In this document: in pieces, positions 57,412 through 64,000 of the stretch
Layout: the number at the start of each line of letters is the position of its first letter
How positions within the stretch are numbered: the stretch's first letter is position 1
Origin: an uncultured Ruminococcus sp.
Lineage (GTDB): Bacteria; Bacillota; Clostridia; Oscillospirales; Ruminococcaceae
NCBI GenBank assembly: GCA_946528545.1
Contig: CAMMYU010000179.1
Span: forward strand, 26,086-90,085
Direction of reading: 5' to 3'
DNA: 64,000 bases
The notes under the pieces: model-generated
Told to the model about the DNA's origin: nothing
Databases searched by the model: none
The model's input: only the letters and a program-made list of their open reading frames with translations
Position numbers and translations under genes: made by a program

Positions 57412-58506
57412 TTACTCTACTTCATAGTATACGAACTTATTAATGAAGGCTACTACTATTGCAAGGAATACTGCAACGATTGCGAAGTATGCCCACGCCA
57501 TTGCCGCTGAGTAACCGTGCTCCCAGTTGCTTGCCTTATTAAGTACGATCGACATTACGCTGTTCTGAGGATCAACGAAGGAGTCTACAATTGTGTAAAC
57601 TACGCTTGCGAGGATCATCGGGCTGATGTAAGGAATTGTGACCTTCCAGAAGAACTCCCAAGCTGTTGCACCCTCGATCTGTGCGGCCTCCTTAGCGGAG
57701 AGAGGTATTCCTTGCAGAGCCGATAGGATCAGCAGGATCTGGATACCTGAGTTCCATACAAGGTCAAAGATGTCGGTAATCAGCGTATTGAGTGTTTCTG
57801 TCAGTGTGTCACTTATGTTATACACTCCAAGGAAGTTCAGAAGCTGGTCAACAAGGTTTGCTTCAAACATTGTGCTGAACTGCTCTGCACCGCCCGAGAA
57901 GCCGCCCTGGTCCATGTTACCGTTGATGATGTCGATAACAGGTCCTGTAGCGATGATAACGGGGAGGAAGAATACTGCTCTTGCAAAGGTTCTTCCTTTG
58001 AATTTCTGGTTCAGGATTACTGCGATGAATATCGCAAAGATAAGTATCAGAGGAGTTCTGAGAGCTGTGTTCTGGAGCATCTCAACAAGCGCCTTTGAGT
58101 AATCCTGGTCTTTTCTGAATGCGTTTCTGTAGTTTTTCAGACCGATCCATTCCATTTTCATACCGCCCTGATTAACCTCGGTCTTATTGAACGAGTAAAT
58201 CAGAGACTCAATGAAAGGAAGAATGAAGAAGTAGATCGTTCCAAGTGCCCAGATAGCAATGAAGCCGTAGCCGTAAAGACCTTTTCTTTTCTCATAGGAA
58301 AGTCTGTGCTTCTTTTCGGGCTTAGCAGGAGCTGCCTGAGCAGACTCGACCGCCTCTTCAACAGTCTCTTCTGCAGCCTCAACCTCGGGAGCAGCCTCTT
58401 CTGTGACTGCCTCCTCGGTCTTCTCTTCAACCGCCTCTTCGGCTGCGTTGAGTTCGGTATTAACGTCCTCCGCATCTAACGGAGTGTTCATGATGTCTTC
58501 ACTCAT
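57412..58506 (-). CDS. Carbohydrate ABC transporter permease (MalF-like) with an acidic N-terminal extension
   Basis: ALQGIP.SAKEAAQIEGA.AWEFFWKVT. Confidence 0.93.
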   Translation of the reverse strand: MSEDIMNTPLDAEDVNTELNAAEEAVEEKTEEAVTEEAAPEVEAAEETVEEAVESAQAAPAKPEKKHRLSYEKRKGLYGYGFIAIWALGTIYFFILPFIESLIYSFNKTEVNQGGMKMEWIGLKNYRNAFRKDQDYSKALVEMLQNTALRTPLILIFAIFIAVILNQKFKGRTFARAVFFLPVIIATGPVIDIINGNMDQGGFSGGAEQFSTMFEANLVDQLLNFLGVYNISDTLTETLNTLITDIFDLVWNSGIQILLILSALQGIPLSAKEAAQIEGATAWEFFWKVTIPYISPMILASVVYTIVDSFVDPQNSVMSIVLNKASNWEHGYSAAMAWAYFAIVAVFLAIVVAFINKFVYYEVE

Positions 58507-61025
58507 TCTGTAATACCTCCTTCAACACAATCTACAAGCGGAATAATCTTTCCGTCTACCTCAGCCTGACTGAGCTTTGTATCCACCTTGATAACCACAT
58601 CAGAAGCGCCGTCCTTGGTGTAGGTTGTTGTGAATACGGTTCCGTCCTCGTTTCTTTCGTAGCTCTTGATCGTGTAATCAGAAACTCCTGCGAGGATCTC
58701 CTGTGCAGCCTTATACTGCTTAGCTGCCATATCTGTCCAGCCCTCATAATGAGTGTAATACAGGTTGTCATAATCTGTATCCTGGAGAGTGTCTGCATCA
58801 ACGTAGGTCAGATCGTAATGTATCTGCGAGCCCGATGCCAGTGAGAGGTAGAATACCTCATCGGTGTTAGAGCTCTTGTTTACAGGGGTCGATGCATAAT
58901 CAAGGTAGCCGTGAATTACCATCTGATAGAATGGTATGTCATAATCAGTTACATTAAAGCTGCTCGAGTAAACAGGGATATTTGAAACCTTGTTTACATA
59001 AGGCAGGATATAAGCATTTGCGCCTGACGCAAAGACTGTCTTTTCCTGACCCTTTGCCTTCTCATAGCCGTCTGTCAATGTCTTCATTGTCTTTGATCTC
59101 GAAGACGAATCGCTGTTCGAGAAGTCAGAAACAAGCCTTGACGAATAGTAGCCGAAGCCTACAGCGTCGATCTTCTCATCAGCGTAGCTGTCGAGCATTT
59201 CCTGGAACACTGTAGAGTATTTGTTCGGGGTAAGCAGTGCAGGAGCAACTCCCTTTTCTGCAACGCCGAATGCAGGGCTGTAAGACGTCTGTCTTGAGTA
59301 AGCGTTTGAAACTCTGATAGCTGTGCTTGTGAGGGTCATATAGCCCCATGAGCTTGAAGCCATCGTGAAGTTATTCATTGAAGGAATGATCTCGATCTGC
59401 TCATCAAGTCCGAGGAGGTCCTTGAAGTCGCCGCTTCCGCCGAGTGTGCCCGAAGCATCTGCGTCGGTAGATATTTTCTGCTTGATCGAATCATTTGTCC
59501 AGTCATTGTAGTTGACTGTCATGGAAGAAACTCCGTCGTCCTTAAAGCCGTTAAGGATCTCCTTAGCCTGATTGAAGCCCGTGATCTCGGTTTTGAGGTT
59601 GAACGGGATACCAAGAATTGAAGTATCCTTCATTACGCCGCCGTAGAAGTCGATATACAGGTCATTGTTATTGGCTGTAGCCTTCTTCTCCAGACCCTTT
59701 TCATTGATGAGGTAGTTTCTGTAGACCTCAGCACAATCAGCGTAGTTAATATCGCCGCTTGAGCTGTCGATCGGATAGTAGCGAACGCCGAACCTGTCGG
59801 TCTTGATGTCGCCCTTCTCAAATACGGTCAGTCTTGTGGAGCTGTCACCACTCATGAAGAAGGTATCTGTGCTCTTGACCTCGAACTCGAAGTAGCAGTT
59901 GTTATATGCCTGCTTCTGCTGTCCGCAGACCTGAGCGTGAGCGTACACGTTAGCGTCACCGTCGGAAGCCACCATAACGACTCCCTTATTTCCGGAAACT
60001 GTAGCCATTACAGGGAGATATGCCTGCTGAGTTACACGGGGAGCTGTCAGCGGAACTGCTGTATAGTCTCTTCCGTAAACCTGCTGGGAATAATCCTGAT
60101 AATTGCCTTTTCCGTTATTGTAGTTGATTACAGCGCCTGTACCGTCAGGAACTATCATATAGCCCTCAGCGGTAGACTCTGCTGCTGCAAAGTACGGCAT
60201 GATCTGAAGCTTGGTAAGGATATGTCCGTCAAGTGAGGACTTGTTTACCTCTTCGATTTCGTCCTTGTCAACGTAAGCATAGAGATAATCATCACCAAGC
60301 TCGTAGTTGATCTTATAGAGGATATCGTACTTATTCTTTGAATTCTTGATTCTGTACTTGACAGTCTCAACAATCTTATCGCCCTTAACGTCCCACTTAA
60401 CAGTACACTTGTTAGTGTATGTAACCGAGGACTCACCACGGTTTGTCTCACCGATGTCTCCTGTCTTGAAGCCCGAGGTCGAAGCTACCTGCTTACGCTG
60501 TGCGGAAGCCATATCTCTACCCTTATCGGCATCAAGGATAGTTGTATCGGTCTCAACATTGATAGGTGATGACCACCATACCGAACCCGAATCCTTTACC
60601 TTAACGGCAAGTCTTTCGTTCTTCTCATCGAGATAGACCTCAAGCTTGTCATTTGAGAGAGCCTTCTCGGCCATTGCGAGAGCCTCATCATCGGTAATAG
60701 GCTGAGCCTCTTCCTCTTCTTCCTCAGCTTTATCCTCAGCTTCTTCAGCCTCTTCACCGTCAGCTGCGGAATCGGTCTCCTCAGCGGCGGAGTCATCGGT
60801 CTCGGAAGCCTCTGCGGAATCAGCTGCGGATTCATCAGCGGCTGCTGAATCATCGGCTGCGGCGGAGTCTTCTGTCTCTGCGGCAGAATCAGTGCTCTCA
60901 GCAGCGGTATCGGCAGCTGAGCTTGAAACATCATCAGATGTTGACGAAACAGCCATAGAGCCGAGCGGCATGAGCATTGTCAGACAAAGGGCAAATACCA
61001 TTGCTTTCTTGTAATTTTTCTGCAT
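58503..61025 (-). CDS. DUF5696-type large secreted protein
   Basis: Signal peptide, DSAA-repeat linker, WWSSP, PYFAA..GYMIVPDGTGAVI, VYGRD, IPFYQMVIHG. Confidence 0.8.
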   Translation of the reverse strand: MQKNYKKAMVFALCLTMLMPLGSMAVSSTSDDVSSSAADTAAESTDSAAETEDSAAADDSAAADESAADSAEASETDDSAAEETDSAADGEEAEEAEDKAEEEEEEAQPITDDEALAMAEKALSNDKLEVYLDEKNERLAVKVKDSGSVWWSSPINVETDTTILDADKGRDMASAQRKQVASTSGFKTGDIGETNRGESSVTYTNKCTVKWDVKGDKIVETVKYRIKNSKNKYDILYKINYELGDDYLYAYVDKDEIEEVNKSSLDGHILTKLQIMPYFAAAESTAEGYMIVPDGTGAVINYNNGKGNYQDYSQQVYGRDYTAVPLTAPRVTQQAYLPVMATVSGNKGVVMVASDGDANVYAHAQVCGQQKQAYNNCYFEFEVKSTDTFFMSGDSSTRLTVFEKGDIKTDRFGVRYYPIDSSSGDINYADCAEVYRNYLINEKGLEKKATANNNDLYIDFYGGVMKDTSILGIPFNLKTEITGFNQAKEILNGFKDDGVSSMTVNYNDWTNDSIKQKISTDADASGTLGGSGDFKDLLGLDEQIEIIPSMNNFTMASSSWGYMTLTSTAIRVSNAYSRQTSYSPAFGVAEKGVAPALLTPNKYSTVFQEMLDSYADEKIDAVGFGYYSSRLVSDFSNSDSSSRSKTMKTLTDGYEKAKGQEKTVFASGANAYILPYVNKVSNIPVYSSSFNVTDYDIPFYQMVIHGYLDYASTPVNKSSNTDEVFYLSLASGSQIHYDLTYVDADTLQDTDYDNLYYTHYEGWTDMAAKQYKAAQEILAGVSDYTIKSYERNEDGTVFTTTYTKDGASDVVIKVDTKLSQAEVDGKIIPLVDCVEGGITE

Positions 61026-61045
61026 TCTTTACACCACCCTTTCTC

Positions 61046-61675
61046 CTAGCCTCTGATTCTGTACGCGATCTCGGTATAGATCGAGTAGCCGAATACATAG
61101 ACCTGCTGGAAGAGCGAGAGGAGCAGGATCGCAAGGAACAGAATAAGCAGCATTGCGATCAGCGTACCCACTATCGAAGCAAGGGTCTTTCCGAATGAAT
61201 ACTGGTGAGCAGCTCTCATAGCCTGAATCATCAGGATCACGGACCAGCCCAGACCAAGGTAAGAAATTGCAGTGATCCAGATGGACTCTTCCTGAACGAG
61301 AACGTTCGAGAAGATAACTGCGATAAATGTGCAAACTATGTAGGGAACGAGCGAATACGCAGAGTAGATAAGGATTCTCTTGAGAGTACCCTCACCGTCA
61401 AGGAGCGTACAAATTGCCCAGTTTCCTATAACCCATGTAAAGAAGTATACTACCGACTGAACGAGCAGAGGTACTATATTAAACACCTTTACATAGTTGT
61501 CATTGAACTGGAAGCCTGTCAGCTGTCTGTCAACTACCATAGCGACGAACAGCAGGAAGACTATTGTGAATGCTATCTTCAAAGAGCCCTGCTTTTTCCA
61601 GCGGAGATCCTCGAAGCCCTCTACAGGGTGGAAGACACAATGCTTGAGCCAGCCAATCGGCGAAAATTCATACAT
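61046..61675 (-). CDS. Yip1-family membrane protein
   Basis: FHPVEGFEDLR, NWAICTLLDGEG, AYSLVP, HQYSFGK; about five TMs. Confidence 0.85.
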   Translation of the reverse strand: MYEFSPIGWLKHCVFHPVEGFEDLRWKKQGSLKIAFTIVFLLFVAMVVDRQLTGFQFNDNYVKVFNIVPLLVQSVVYFFTWVIGNWAICTLLDGEGTLKRILIYSAYSLVPYIVCTFIAVIFSNVLVQEESIWITAISYLGLGWSVILMIQAMRAAHQYSFGKTLASIVGTLIAMLLILFLAILLLSLFQQVYVFGYSIYTEIAYRIRG

Positions 61676-61676
61676 A

Positions 61677-63290
61677 CTAGTCTCCCCCCTTTATAATAGT
61701 TCTCAGGAATTTCCGAACGCCGTGGCGTCTCAGAATGTTAAATGCGATCAGAACAACTATCAGACCGATAATAATTATCATTATAACGGTGAAGTGCTTT
61801 CTGAGGAATTCCTCTCTTGCATACTTGAAAGCCTTGTCATAATCGTCCTGGTCATACGAGGTCTTGAAATAATCAAGAGCCTTGCTGTACTCACCCTCAG
61901 TAAGAGCAGCCTTGCCGAGACCTGTATATGCGAGTGCATATCCGCCGTCTCTCTTGACTACCTCTTCCCACTCGGGCTTAGCGTCAACGTAGCGGCCCTC
62001 ATCGTAAAGAGCGACTGCCGAATGAACGTAGTGACCAAAGGTGGTCTCTGTATAAATCGTGATGTCGTTCTTTGAGCCGTCAAGAATGAAGATCTCATTT
62101 CCTACAGCCTCGATAGCGTTCGGGCTGGTGAAGCTTCCCTCCTGGTCGGAGGTTGAGTTCTTCGTTCCGAAGATACAAAGCAGGTTACAGAGCTTGTCAT
62201 ACTGGAACACACGGCCGTTCTCGAAGTCGAGAATGTTTATTGTGCCGTTGTCCGAAACAACTATATCAGTAAGTCTGCACTTGTAGCTCTTATTTGATGT
62301 GGAATCGTACTCGGTTGTAAGATCACCGAACTTATACTCATCGCCGACCGAGTTATCCCAGATATTATATCCTGCAGGATTAAGCTTCTTAACGGCGTCT
62401 GTCTGAGCGTTAGCCGCCTCAGTAACCGTATAAACGAAGCCGTCATCGTCGATGTCGAAGTTTGCATACTCAACAGGAACATTTCTCTTCATTCCCTGGA
62501 TCTGCTCATTCGATGCGATCTTTCTCCAGAGCTGCTGAGCGATAACGGCTGCCGTTACCTCAACTCGGTTTGCACCGTAGAAGCCCTGGAACTCGCCTGC
62601 GGCATTGAACTGAACCGCACCCGAGGTTATCGACTTACAAACGCAGTAAACATTCTCTGCCGCATCTGCAAGTATCTTTGACGGATTGAATACCTTGGAG
62701 TCATAAAGCTTTGTTTCCGGCTTTAAGTACTCCTGAACGAGCTCAAGCTCGGTGTCGGATTTTACCGTACACTTAACAGCTCTTGAATTGTCGGCATCTG
62801 CGATATAAACGAACAGAGTACCGTCGAAAATACTTTCTTTAACGTAGATACCCGAAGGTCCGTCGAAGGCGGAAACGCCGTCATCTCTGACAGCTATCTC
62901 CGAATCACCGATAACTCCCTCAAAGCAGCCTGTAATTTTAAGGTCCTTGGAGAGCCTCAGGATCCTGTCGTTTCCTGTGTCGCACACCCAGAAGGTATCA
63001 TTATCGTGGTCATAGAACAGATCCTTTGCATCTTTCAGAGTTGCAGGAGCCTCCTCACTTATGAAGAGCTTATCTGAAGGATCGGACAGTCTGTCAAGAC
63101 CCATATCCGCACCTGTTACAGCAACGTCTACACGATAGGCACTTTGCGAAGGTATCGCTGCCTCCCAATAGTCGTAGTTGTAAGCGGTGTACGGTTCATC
63201 AGCGAAGGCGGCGGTCGTCATGGTGAGAGCCATAGCGGCTGCCAGAGCCGATGTTACTATTCTTTTGATAGAATTTTTATAACTCAACAC
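61677..63290 (-). CDS. NHL-repeat beta-propeller plus TPR membrane-anchored protein
   Basis: CDTGNDRIL, FDGPSGIYV, YIADADNSR; TPR helices; C-terminal TM. Confidence 0.85.
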   Translation of the reverse strand: MLSYKNSIKRIVTSALAAAMALTMTTAAFADEPYTAYNYDYWEAAIPSQSAYRVDVAVTGADMGLDRLSDPSDKLFISEEAPATLKDAKDLFYDHDNDTFWVCDTGNDRILRLSKDLKITGCFEGVIGDSEIAVRDDGVSAFDGPSGIYVKESIFDGTLFVYIADADNSRAVKCTVKSDTELELVQEYLKPETKLYDSKVFNPSKILADAAENVYCVCKSITSGAVQFNAAGEFQGFYGANRVEVTAAVIAQQLWRKIASNEQIQGMKRNVPVEYANFDIDDDGFVYTVTEAANAQTDAVKKLNPAGYNIWDNSVGDEYKFGDLTTEYDSTSNKSYKCRLTDIVVSDNGTINILDFENGRVFQYDKLCNLLCIFGTKNSTSDQEGSFTSPNAIEAVGNEIFILDGSKNDITIYTETTFGHYVHSAVALYDEGRYVDAKPEWEEVVKRDGGYALAYTGLGKAALTEGEYSKALDYFKTSYDQDDYDKAFKYAREEFLRKHFTVIMIIIIGLIVVLIAFNILRRHGVRKFLRTIIKGGD

Positions 63291-63328
63291 TACTTATCAC
63301 CTGTTTCCTTTTCAATTTAAGTTAGTCA

Positions 63329-64000
63329 TTAATCCTTCATACCTGAGTTAGCCATTGTCTCCATGACATTACCCTGAGCAATAAGGAATACAACGAGTGG
63401 TGGTATCAGAAGTACCACAGCCGCTGCGAAGGTTACACCCTGACGGGCAAGACCTGCAAGCGTGATCTGCTGTACTACTGTAGGTAGTGTTTTGAGCTCC
63501 TCAGAGTAGATAAGAGCTCCGCCCTGAATGTTCCAAGCGCCCTGGAAAGCGAAGATGATAAGTGTCATCAGCGCAGGCTTGGAGTTCGGAACAACGATCT
63601 GCCAGCATATTCTGAACAGTCCTGCTCCGTCAACCTTTGCGGCCTCGACCATTGAATCGTGGATTGTAGTCATGCTCTGACGCATGAGGTACAGACCCAT
63701 TGCAGTCGAAACGCTCGGGAGGATAAGTGCCCAGTAAGTATCGATCATGTGGAGCTTCGACATAATAAGGAAGGACATGATCCATGTTGCGTTCGAGGAG
63801 AACAGCAGGGCGATTACTATGATCTGGTTGATTATCTTACTGCCGGGGAATTTGCACTTTGAAAGAACAAATGCGGCACAGCAGCAAACGAAAAGGTTTG
63901 CAGCGCAGATAACGATTGTAATGAATACGCTGTTAAAGATGTATCTGGAGAGAGGCACCTGCCATGAGCTTGCAGCGACCTTGAACATATCCGAGAAGTT
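63329..64000 (-). CDS. Carbohydrate ABC transporter permease (5' end outside the window)
   Basis: IHDSMVEAAKVDGA EAA motif. Confidence 0.9.
   Translation of the reverse strand, partial: NFSDMFKVAASSWQVPLSRYIFNSVFITIVICAANLFVCCCAAFVLSKCKFPGSKIINQIIVIALLFSSNATWIMSFLIMSKLHMIDTYWALILPSVSTAMGLYLMRQSMTTIHDSMVEAAKVDGAGLFRICWQIVVPNSKPALMTLIIFAFQGAWNIQGGALIYSEELKTLPTVVQQITLAGLARQGVTFAAAVVLLIPPLVVFLIAQGNVMETMANSGMKD

Noticed and set aside
60700-60930. DSAA/E-rich tandem-like repeats (also the Q-rich tract near 21.6-21.85 kb and the S/D-rich tract near 16.2-16.35 kb)
   Set aside because: In-frame low-complexity linkers, not independent repeat elements
1-64000. CRISPR array, rRNA, tRNA, integrase or transposase
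   Set aside because: No regularly spaced repeats, cloverleaf or rRNA signatures, or recombinase motifs were seen by eye

Overview
64 kb of a Clostridia (Ruminococcus/Oscillospiraceae-like) chromosome, mostly housekeeping and fibre-degradation genes: polA (partial), pckA, aspartate kinase, proS, murC-lexA, spoVG, rplJL with its L10 leader, tmcAL/ackA, nfnAB, yajC, purine salvage, spoVAC, aldose epimerase plus cellobiose phosphorylase, GH43, GH25, a pilin, a PadR-DUF1700-DUF4097-PspC stress operon and a large sugar-ABC locus with NHL/Yip1/DUF5696 accessory genes. I saw no rRNA, tRNA, CRISPR array, integrase or transposase. The most unusual parts are: (1) an accessory strip at 11.4-13.5 kb, with an antitoxin-less MazF, a self-contained three-gene DUF4160 module bounded by a 36-bp direct repeat of a terminator, and an XRE/SHOCT switch with three operators; (2) an ECF operon led by two surface proteins with a transcobalamin-like domain combination; (3) a gene-free stretch at 33.1-34.1 kb holding a gene remnant, a dense hairpin cluster and a promoter-to-terminator small RNA with an anti-Shine-Dalgarno motif; (4) the NHL-Yip1-DUF5696 ABC locus. 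All family calls are by-eye motif recognition; no searches were run.
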